Assembly: GCA_030705885.1 (NCBI GenBank)
Contig: JAUZPN010000085.1
Coordinates: 1 to 13,467 of the forward strand
Source: Bacillota bacterium
GTDB taxonomy: Bacteria; Bacillota; Clostridia; Clostridiales; Clostridiaceae
Direction: 5' to 3'
Length of the DNA stretch: 13,467 bases
Translations under genes and position numbers: made by a program
The notes under the pieces: generated by a model
The model's input: the letters and a program-made list of their open reading frames with translations, nothing else
The model's database searches: none
What the model was told of the DNA's origin: nothing
Shown: piece after piece, positions 6,947-13,467 of the stretch
How positions within the stretch are numbered: the stretch's first letter is position 1
Layout of the letters: each line of letters opens with the position of its first letter

Positions 6947-7933
6947 ATGAAACCTGTTTTTCGCTCAAATTTATTTGCATGTATCCTTATTTTTCTCTAT
7001 GTTTTTGCAGGAGGTTTTGTTCTTGTACGCCTTCATATTCCAAATTACATACTTATCGCTCTTGCAGAAGTCCTATTTCTCCTTGTACCTACTATAATAT
7101 ATTTTTATATTACAAAATTGTCTGTGATCAATACATTAAGACTTCATAAGATTAATATTAAGAGTATAGGAGTAGTTATTTTAATTGTAGCATGCTGCTT
7201 TCCTATTGCAACATTTGCATCATTAGTAACACAGCTCTTTTTTACTAATAATACTGCAAAGGTAATGAATTCGTTTATGTCGCTTCCGCTTATTTTACTT
7301 ATATTGATAACTGCAGTAACACCTGCTGTGTGTGAGGAAGTTACTATGCGTGGGGTTGTACTTTCTGGATATAAAAATGTGGATATAAAAAAGGCTGCAA
7401 TAATGAATGGACTTATTTTTGGATTGTTTCATATGAACCCAGACCAGTTTTTATATGCTTTTGCGTTAGGTGTTATTTTTGCATATATTGTTGATATAAC
7501 AAATTCTATTTTTTCCACAATGATTGCCCATTTTACATTTAATGGTTCACAAACTGTAATGGCTTGGCTTGTAATTAAGTTTTCTCCTTTTTTAAATCAA
7601 GGAACAAAAACTAATGCAGAAACTAGTTTTAGTCAATATTCATTACATCTAAAAGTTATTATGCTAAGTTTTTCATTTGCTTTTGCAGCAGGAAGTGTTG
7701 TACTTGTTGTTTTATTGCTTAAATTATTAAAATCAGTTAATAAAGATAAAATAGCAGAAAAATATGGTAATGGTTTTGAAAATAATGAAGACATATCTGA
7801 GAACAATGAAGTAGGATTATTATATAATAATTATAAACCTAAAAAGGAGAGAGTAGTAAATCTGCCTTTTATATTGATAGTACTTTTATATATTGTTTAT
7901 ATTGGATGGCATTTTTCAAAATTTGCAGCATGA
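6947..7933 (+). CDS. CPBP family intramembrane glutamic endopeptidase (CAAX protease/Abi family), 328 aa polytopic membrane protein
   Basis: The three CPBP signature motifs are present: EExxxR (CEEVTMRG), FxxxH (FGLFH) and HxxxN (AHFTFN). Hydrophobic helices run throughout. Confidence 0.8.
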   Translation: MKPVFRSNLFACILIFLYVFAGGFVLVRLHIPNYILIALAEVLFLLVPTIIYFYITKLSVINTLRLHKINIKSIGVVILIVACCFPIATFASLVTQLFFTNNTAKVMNSFMSLPLILLILITAVTPAVCEEVTMRGVVLSGYKNVDIKKAAIMNGLIFGLFHMNPDQFLYAFALGVIFAYIVDITNSIFSTMIAHFTFNGSQTVMAWLVIKFSPFLNQGTKTNAETSFSQYSLHLKVIMLSFSFAFAAGSVVLVVLLLKLLKSVNKDKIAEKYGNGFENNEDISENNEVGLLYNNYKPKKERVVNLPFILIVLLYIVYIGWHFSKFAA

Positions 7934-7975
7934 TTTTAAAATACAGTTGAGAATTGAGAGTGGAGAAACATTAAA

Positions 7976-8020
7976 AAACAAAGTTCAATTTTGGAACTTT
8001 ATGACCTAGCATAGTATAAT
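7976..8020 (+). repeat. Degenerate fourth copy of the element right end (fused inner inverted repeat AGTTCAA-ttt-TGGAACT plus TTGGAA-N18-TATAAT)
   Basis: ttggaactttatgacctagcatagtataataa aligns with copy C ttggaactaaatgtgaccaaggaaagtataataa. The -35/-10 spacing is good and the module points toward ileS. Confidence 0.4.
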
Positions 8021-8057
8021 AAATTTATAGGAATTATTAAGAAACTATATTTAGGTA

Positions 8058-8085
8058 TTGACAATACAAATATTAATATTATAAT
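8058..8085 (+). promoter_or_regulatory. Strong sigma-A consensus promoter upstream of the ileS leader (TTGACA-N16-TATAAT)
   Basis: TTGACA is at 8058-8063 and TATAAT at 8080-8085. With ATAATA at 8081-8086 the spacing is 17. Confidence 0.5.
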
Positions 8086-8194
8086 ATTTGTATGAATGAA
8101 TAAAATAGTATACTTTTCTCGAACACTTTTAATTCCGCTTAATTAGAAAATAGCTTGTCACTGTTTTCATCCGTAGTTGTGATACAATCATCAT

Positions 8195-8350
8195 GAATGG
8201 TTAATTTATAAATGATAACGGAGAGAATCTTCTTTACAGAAGTTTAGCAGAACTTTGTGACTAGAGATAGTATAAATTAAAGCTGTGAGCAGGAAAAGTA
8301 CTAAAAATTGATACTTAAAGAGAGTGGGGTTAGGTGGAAACCCATAGTAA
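8195..8350 (+). promoter_or_regulatory. T-box riboswitch-like leader, Stem I region plus first T-box-like sequence
   Basis: GGAGAGA is followed by AUC (Ile codon, 8227-8229). The segment CUAGAGAUAGUAUAAAUUAAAGCUGUGAGCAGG resembles the conserved distal Stem I platform of T-boxes (cf. glyQS CUAGGAUAGUGAAAGCUAGAGG). UUAGGUGGAAACCC at 8330-8343 resembles the T-box consensus UUAGGGUGGNACC. No terminator follows this copy. Confidence 0.4.
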
Positions 8351-8501
8351 GTTTTTAGGAAAATCACCTGGGAGTGGAAAGCTGAATAGTAAACTCATGT
8401 TAATTGGATATTTTATAATACATTTTTCTTGAATATATTTAATTTATAAATAACAGCATAGAGAAGATTTTTAAAATTAATGAGATTTTGTGTTTAATAG
8501 A

Positions 8502-8604
8502 TATACTATCCTCAGTCACAAAGTTCCAATAAATTTCTAAAAGAAACTTCACATCGCTATCATTTAAAAATTAATTGGAACTAAATGTGACCAAGGAAAG
8601 TATA
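8502..8604 (+). mobile_element. ~103-bp MITE-like inverted-repeat element, copy C, inside the ileS 5' leader
   Basis: It is about 93% identical to copy B, with TIRs TATACTATCCTCAGTCACA ... TGTGACCAAGGAAAGTATA. The right end carries TGGAAC-N19-TATAAT pointing at ileS. Confidence 0.55.
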
Positions 8605-8689
8605 ATAATAGTCCAAATTTAAGAGTTTTAGTAGGTGCATCCGTAATCCTGCGTTAAGGGATAGAGTATGTTAGTGCTTGAAAAAATGC

Positions 8690-8743
8690 TGTTTTAGGTG
8701 GTTTTGTGAAGTTAGCTTCATCCTATTAGGATGGAGCTTTTTT
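8690..8743 (+). terminator. T-box-type antiterminator/terminator attenuator immediately upstream of ileS
   Basis: A second TTAGGTGG (8694-8701) is followed by terminator AGCTTCATCC-tatta-GGATGGAGCT and TTTTT (8714-8743). The T-box-like sequence overlaps the 5' arm of the terminator, as expected for mutually exclusive folds. ileS starts at 8818. Confidence 0.5.
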
Positions 8744-8817
8744 GTGTAATTTAAGCACATTACTTAATATAAAAACAATCAGTAATTGTTTAGTTTAATA
8801 AGAAAGGGGAAAATTAT

Positions 8818-11800
8818 ATGTACAAAAAAGTTGACTCAACAAGAAGTTTTGTTGATATGGAAAAAGAAGTACTAAAGCTATGGCAGGAAAAAGATATAAT
8901 CCAAAAAAACTTTGATTTGAATAAGGATGGAGAATATTTTACATTTTATGATGGACCTCCTACAGCAAATGGAAAGCCTCATATAGGTCATGTTATAACA
9001 AGAGTTATGAAGGATTTAATTCCTAGATACAAGGTTATGAAAGGTTATAAGGTTTTAAGAAAGGCAGGCTGGGATACTCATGGACTTCCAGTAGAATTGG
9101 AAGTTGAAAAGTCTCTTGGAATTTCAGGAAAGCCTGAAATAGAAGAATATGGAGTAGAAGGTTTCATAAAAAAATGTAAAGAAAGTGTATTTACATATTC
9201 AAGTCTTTGGAAGGATATGTCCGAGAAGGTTGGCTTCTGGGTAGACATGGAAAATCCTTATGTAACATATCATAATGATTATATTGAATCAGAATGGTGG
9301 GCTCTTAAAAAAATTTGGGATAAGGGACTTATTTATAAAGGTCATAAAATAGTGCCATATTGTCCAAGATGCGGAACCGCTCTTTCATCTCATGAAGTTG
9401 CTCAAGGCTATAAAGATGTAAAAGAAACTTCAGTATATGTTAAATTTAAAATAGTAAATGAAGATAAATATATATTAGCATGGACAACTACTCCTTGGAC
9501 ACTTCCAAGTAATGTAGCACTTGCTATCAATAAAAAATATGAATATGTTGAAGTAATAAATAATGATGAACATTTGATTCTTGCTAAATCATTATTAAAT
9601 AAATTAGATGGTGAATATGAAATTGTAAGGGAATTCCTTGGTGAAGAATTAGTTGGAACTCAATATGAACAGCTATTTAAGTTTGCAAAACCTGATAAGA
9701 AAGCTTTTTATGTGGTTCATGCAGATTATGTAACACTTACAGATGGTACAGGTGTAGTTCATACTGCTCCTGCCTATGGTGAAGATGATAATCTTACTGG
9801 TAAGAAATATGATTTACCATTAATCAACTTAGTTGATGCTGAAGGTAAATTTGTAGATGAAGTTGAACCTTGGAAAGGTATGTTTGTTAAAACAGCAGAC
9901 CCTAAGGTAATAGAGTTTATGAGAGAAAATGGAATACTTTATAAAGCTGAGAAGTTTACTCACTCTTATCCTTTCTGCTGGAGATGTGATACACCGCTTT
10001 TATACTATCCAAGACAGAGCTGGTTTATAAAAATGTCTTCTTTAAGAGACAAACTCGTAGCTAATAATAATACTGTTAACTGGTATCCTGACAATGTTAG
10101 AACAGGAAGATTTGGTAACTTTATTGAAAATGTTATTGACTGGGGTATAAGCAGAGAAAGATATTGGGGAACTCCAATACCAATTTGGGAATGTGAATGT
10201 GGTCACAGAGAATGTATAGGAAGCATTGAAGAACTAAAGCAAAAAGGAATTAATGTATCTGAAAATATAGAACTTCACAAACCTTATATTGATGAGGTTA
10301 AATTAACCTGTCCTCACTGTGGAAAATTAATGAAGAGAATTTCAGAAGTTATAGATTGCTGGTTTGATTCTGGTTCTATGCCTTTTGCACAGCATCACTA
10401 TCCTTTTGAAAATAAAGAAATTTTTGAGCAGAATTTCCCAGCACAATTTATTTCAGAAGCAGTGGATCAAACAAGAGGATGGTTTTATACATTAATGGCT
10501 ATATCAACAATTTTGTTTGATAAAGCACCTTTTGAGAACTGTGTAGTTTTAGGTCATATTCTTGATAAAAATGGACTTAAGATGTCAAAGCATAAGGGAA
10601 ATGTATTAAGTCCATTTACAGTACTTGAAAATGAAGGTGCTGATGCAACAAGATGGTATTTTTATACTGCAAGTGCACCATGGCTTCCTTCAAGGTTTTA
10701 TGAAGATGCTGTAATAGAAGCTCAAAGGAAATTTATAAGTACATTATGGAATGTATATTCCTTCTATGTGCTTTATGCAGAAATAGATAAATTTGATCCA
10801 ACTAAATATGAAGATTTTGTTTCATCAAATGTAATGGATAAGTGGATAATGTCAAGACTTAATACTCTTGTAAACAAAGTTGATGAAGATCTTAACGGCT
10901 ATAGAATAACTCAGGCTGCACTTTCAATAGAAGATTTTACAGATGAGCTTTCAAACTGGTATGTTAGAAGAAACAGATCAAGATATTGGGTTGAAGAATT
11001 AACAGAGGATAAAATAGGTGCATATGTAACCTTATATAGGGTGATTACTACATTATCCATAGTTTCAGCACCATTTGTTCCATTTATAACAGAAGAAATC
11101 TATCAGAATTTAGTGACAGCTCTGAATAAAAATGCTCCTGAAAGTGTTCATCTGTGCAAATGGCCTGAAGTGAAGGATAATATAATTGATAAAGCTTTAG
11201 AAGCTGAAATGGAAGAAGCTTATAAAATCGTTAAGCTTGGAAGAAGTGCTAGAAATGGTGCTAATATTAAAAACAGGCAGCCTCTTTTAGAAATGCTTCT
11301 AAGTGTAGATACATTACCATCATATTATGGGAATATTATAAAGGATGAACTTAATATTAAAGAAGTAAAATTTGGTGCAGACCTTTCAAAATATGTTAAT
11401 TTTGAAATTAAGCCAAACTTACCTGTGCTTGGTAAAGCTTATGGCAGATTTATTCCTGGCATAAAGAAAGAAATAGCTGCTATGAACCAAATGGAGCTTG
11501 CTTCAAAAATTCAAGCTGGAGAAACTGTTGTAATTAATGTTCAAGGTACTGAAATTGAACTTAACAGTGAAAAGCTTCTTATAACTATGCAGGGACTTGA
11601 AGGCTATGCATTCGCAGGAGAAGGACATATAGGTGTAGTTTTGGATACAACTATAACTCCTGAACTTAAGGAAGAGGGACATCAAAGAGAAATCATAAGC
11701 AAGATTCAAAATATGAGAAAAGAAAAAGGCTTTGAAGTTGCTGATAAGATTAATCTTTATGTAAGTGATAATGAAATGCTTGAAAATGTAGTTAAAAAAT

Positions 11801-11922
11801 TTGAAGACTTTATTAAAAAAGAAACACTTACAGTTGGAGTAACCTATGGCAGTGAAAGACAATATACTGAATGCAGCATTAATGGAGAAAAATTTAATAT
11901 CGATGTAGAAGTAGTTAAGTAA
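8818..11922 (+). CDS. ileS: Isoleucine--tRNA ligase, type 2 (eukaryote-like, 1034 aa, no C-terminal zinc-knuckle)
   Basis: Class I aaRS motifs are present: HIGH ([13 protein letters not shown]) and KMSKS (KMSKHKGN). A CP1 editing domain, tRNA-binding WCISR-like ([14 protein letters not shown]) and the IleRS anticodon-binding region are recognisable. The C-terminus has a single Cys, so there is no CxxC...CxxC. A strong RBS is present: AAGAAAGGGGAAAATTAT-ATG. Confidence 0.95.
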   Translation: MYKKVDSTRSFVDMEKEVLKLWQEKDIIQKNFDLNKDGEYFTFYDGPPTANGKPHIGHVITRVMKDLIPRYKVMKGYKVLRKAGWDTHGLPVELEVEKSLGISGKPEIEEYGVEGFIKKCKESVFTYSSLWKDMSEKVGFWVDMENPYVTYHNDYIESEWWALKKIWDKGLIYKGHKIVPYCPRCGTALSSHEVAQGYKDVKETSVYVKFKIVNEDKYILAWTTTPWTLPSNVALAINKKYEYVEVINNDEHLILAKSLLNKLDGEYEIVREFLGEELVGTQYEQLFKFAKPDKKAFYVVHADYVTLTDGTGVVHTAPAYGEDDNLTGKKYDLPLINLVDAEGKFVDEVEPWKGMFVKTADPKVIEFMRENGILYKAEKFTHSYPFCWRCDTPLLYYPRQSWFIKMSSLRDKLVANNNTVNWYPDNVRTGRFGNFIENVIDWGISRERYWGTPIPIWECECGHRECIGSIEELKQKGINVSENIELHKPYIDEVKLTCPHCGKLMKRISEVIDCWFDSGSMPFAQHHYPFENKEIFEQNFPAQFISEAVDQTRGWFYTLMAISTILFDKAPFENCVVLGHILDKNGLKMSKHKGNVLSPFTVLENEGADATRWYFYTASAPWLPSRFYEDAVIEAQRKFISTLWNVYSFYVLYAEIDKFDPTKYEDFVSSNVMDKWIMSRLNTLVNKVDEDLNGYRITQAALSIEDFTDELSNWYVRRNRSRYWVEELTEDKIGAYVTLYRVITTLSIVSAPFVPFITEEIYQNLVTALNKNAPESVHLCKWPEVKDNIIDKALEAEMEEAYKIVKLGRSARNGANIKNRQPLLEMLLSVDTLPSYYGNIIKDELNIKEVKFGADLSKYVNFEIKPNLPVLGKAYGRFIPGIKKEIAAMNQMELASKIQAGETVVINVQGTEIELNSEKLLITMQGLEGYAFAGEGHIGVVLDTTITPELKEEGHQREIISKIQNMRKEKGFEVADKINLYVSDNEMLENVVKKFEDFIKKETLTVGVTYGSERQYTECSINGEKFNIDVEVVK

Positions 11923-11931
11923 AAAACAATT

Positions 11932-11967
11932 GTATCCCTAGAATGCAAGTTCTAGAGATACTTTTTT
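11932..11967 (+). terminator. Rho-independent terminator after ileS
   Basis: GTATCCCTAGAA-tgcaag-TTCTAGAGATAC forms a 12-bp stem with one mismatch, followed by TTTTTT. Confidence 0.65.
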
Positions 11968-12035
11968 GTTAAGAAAGCTGTCAACAATGAAAACATATTA
12001 AAATATGAAGAAATGGAGATGTGGAAGCAAAAAAT

Positions 12036-13070
12036 ATGAGAAAAATATCAATTGAACCATTTGCAAAGCAGTTAATTGATGATATGTATAAAAACTATGA
12101 TTACACTATCGAAGATTTCAGCTTAATTAAAGGAATAAGTGTACCTTGGGGACTTTCTAAAATTCTTCAAAATGGAACAAAAATTAATATACTTTTTTTA
12201 AGTCACGATGATGATATCCTAAATATCAACTCTGACAGCAATATATATGATATTATTGATGTAAAAAAAGAGAAAATTGTTAAAATAATATTGATAGGAG
12301 AAGATATTGATGATAGTGAGGTAATAAGTAAATTAAATTATCTCAGTGATTTTAAGGCAATTGAGAATAATTCAATTATAATAGACTTGATACATAGCAC
12401 AATTCAAATATCAGACAACAGTATCGAGGAAATAGCAAAACAAATAAATAGTATTGTTAGTGTAAACAGCAGGGCCAAGCAGAATAAAATAAATTCTGCT
12501 GCAACATATACACTAATTGGCATTAATATATTTATGTTTATTATTTCAATCATATTAAATGGCGGGAATCCTATAGATATAAATAATTATGTATTAATTA
12601 TGCTTGGAGCAAAATATAATACGGCTATAATACAAGGACAATGGTTTCGTCTATTAACATGTACATTTTTACATGGAGGACTTGTACATATTGCTGCAAA
12701 TATGTATTCCTTATATTCAGTAGGGCCACTAGTTGAATCTTTATATGGAAAATATAAATATATATTTATGTACTTAATAGCAGGTATTGTATCATCATTA
12801 TTTAGTTTTCTATTTAGCACCGGCATATCCATAGGAGCATCTGGCTCTATATTTGGTCTTTTGGGAATTATTTTAGTGTTTGCTTTAAAGAAAAAAAAGA
12901 CACTTGGCAGAAAATTTTTAATGAATGTATCATCAGTAATAGCAGTAAATTTATTAATAGGCTTTAGCCTTCCAGGAATTGACAATTTTGCTCACTTAGG
13001 AGGATTGTTTGCAGGTATATTTTTAGCATTAATAATAAGAACATCAGAGAACACAAACAGGGACGGTTAA
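12036..13070 (+). CDS. Rhomboid family intramembrane serine protease with ~160-aa N-terminal cytoplasmic domain
   Basis: The catalytic Ser motif GASGSIFGLLG and catalytic His motif AHLGGLFAG are present, along with YRLLTCTFLHGG (WR-loop-like) and six hydrophobic helices in the C-terminal half. I preferred ATG 12036 (GGAAG 9 nt upstream) over the GTG at 12021 used by the ORF track. Confidence 0.8.
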   Translation: MRKISIEPFAKQLIDDMYKNYDYTIEDFSLIKGISVPWGLSKILQNGTKINILFLSHDDDILNINSDSNIYDIIDVKKEKIVKIILIGEDIDDSEVISKLNYLSDFKAIENNSIIIDLIHSTIQISDNSIEEIAKQINSIVSVNSRAKQNKINSAATYTLIGINIFMFIISIILNGGNPIDINNYVLIMLGAKYNTAIIQGQWFRLLTCTFLHGGLVHIAANMYSLYSVGPLVESLYGKYKYIFMYLIAGIVSSLFSFLFSTGISIGASGSIFGLLGIILVFALKKKKTLGRKFLMNVSSVIAVNLLIGFSLPGIDNFAHLGGLFAGIFLALIIRTSENTNRDG

Positions 13071-13289
13071 CAACTTATCATCTTTAGCGAGCAGGGTAGG
13101 GTAGGGTAGGTAACAGGGTAACAGGGACGGTTAACAACTTATTAGCTTTAGCGAGTAAGATGTTAACCGTCCCTAATTTCATGCAAATGATGACTATTCA
13201 TATTTGCCAAAGAAATGATAACCGTCCCTGATACTGATACTGATACTGATATAGCCATTCTCAATTGTCAAAAAAATGATAACCGTCCC
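13058..13289. repeat. Cluster of five GGGACGGTTA(A/T)C motifs (2 forward, 3 reverse) plus a 34-bp direct repeat, a 14-bp perfect hairpin, a G-run array and (GATACT)4
   Basis: Forward copies are at 13060 and 13124, within the 34-bp direct repeats CAGGGACGGTTAACAACTTATYAKCTTTAGCGAG. Reverse copies are at 13162, 13217 and 13277. AGGGACGGTTAACA-24nt-TGTTAACCGTCCCT has perfect 14-bp arms (13123-13174). GGGTAGGGTAGGGTAGGTAACAGGGTAACAGGG is at 13093-13127. GATACT x4 is at 13230-13253. Confidence 0.7.
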
Positions 13290-13291
13290 CA

Positions 13292-13467
13292 CTAGTTGCT
13301 CATTCTCTTTTGTTTTATAATAACTAGTGTGATCATAAGTATTGCTGCTGCAAAGGCGATCATTATAAGCATGTTGTTAAATATAGGTAGAAGGTTTTCG
13401 GTATTGAAGTTAGTTAAATTTCCTATAGTGTTGTTTGATTTTACAAACCAGTATGTTGGTGTAAAAC
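13292..13467 (-). CDS. C-terminal fragment of an unidentified minus-strand ORF (hydrophobic helix then KQKRMSN), running off the window
   Basis: The reverse frame is open from the window edge to the TAG at 13294-13292, with translation ...NNMLIMIAFAAAILMITLVIIKQKRMSN*. It is too short to identify. Confidence 0.25.
   Translation of the reverse strand, partial: FTPTYWFVKSNNTIGNLTNFNTENLLPIFNNMLIMIAFAAAILMITLVIIKQKRMSN

Noticed and set aside
6934-7149. 71-aa ORF overlapping the CPBP start in another frame
   Set aside because: The CPBP frame (ATG 6947, GTGAGGT RBS) carries the family motifs. The alternative frame is Cys/Tyr-rich nonsense.
11503-11862. 119-aa minus-strand ORF inside ileS
   Set aside because: It is antisense to ileS, with a Phe/Asn/Lys-rich low-complexity translation typical of AT-rich antisense frames.
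12587-12985. 132-aa minus-strand ORF inside the rhomboid gene
   Set aside because: It is antisense to the rhomboid core, which carries both catalytic motifs.
13093-13110. (TAGGG)n telomere-like repeat as evidence of a linear replicon end
   Set aside because: There are only three units. They are embedded between convergent chromosomal-looking genes, with no terminal inverted repeat or protelomerase context. It is treated only as G4-prone sequence.
13058-13289. CRISPR array
   Set aside because: The repeats are not regularly spaced or uniformly oriented and there are no spacer-like unique segments of constant length. Inverted and direct copies are mixed.

Overview
AT-rich chromosomal window, probably from a low-GC Firmicute (Clostridium-like; inferred from composition and codon usage). 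Housekeeping genes: the 3' end of ilvD, rtcB, a type-2 ileS with a long T-box-like leader, and a rhomboid protease. An accessory-looking block sits between ilvD and ileS. Two translationally coupled paralogous HTH-WYL-WCX (PafB/PafC-like) regulator genes lie on the minus strand and are divergently arranged with rtcB (RNA 3'-phosphate ligase). The shared 470-bp control region carries two phased 59-bp tandem repeats, each ending in an AAAATNG-N7-CNATTTT inverted repeat. Directly downstream of rtcB is a roughly 240-nt transcription unit with promoter-like and terminator-like boundaries. It holds a tRNA-like module with canonical D-arm and T-arm but a non-pairing anticodon and acceptor region, so it may be a tRNA mimic or Y-RNA-like RNA, or a tRNA pseudogene. 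A roughly 103-bp element with terminal inverted repeats occurs in 2 full and 2 partial copies, always on the + strand. Each copy ends in an outward-facing TTGGAAC-N17-19-TATAAT promoter-like module placed in front of rtcB, the tRNA-like RNA, and the ileS leader (twice). Further downstream are an SPFH/band-7 protein with a triplicated N-terminal repeat, and a CPBP (CAAX/Abi) intramembrane protease. After the rhomboid gene, 230 bp contain five copies of GGGACGGTTA(A/T)C in both orientations, a 14-bp perfect hairpin, a G-quadruplex-prone (GGGTA)n run and a (GATACT)4 microsatellite. Protein assignments rest on motifs I recognise by eye; no searches were run.
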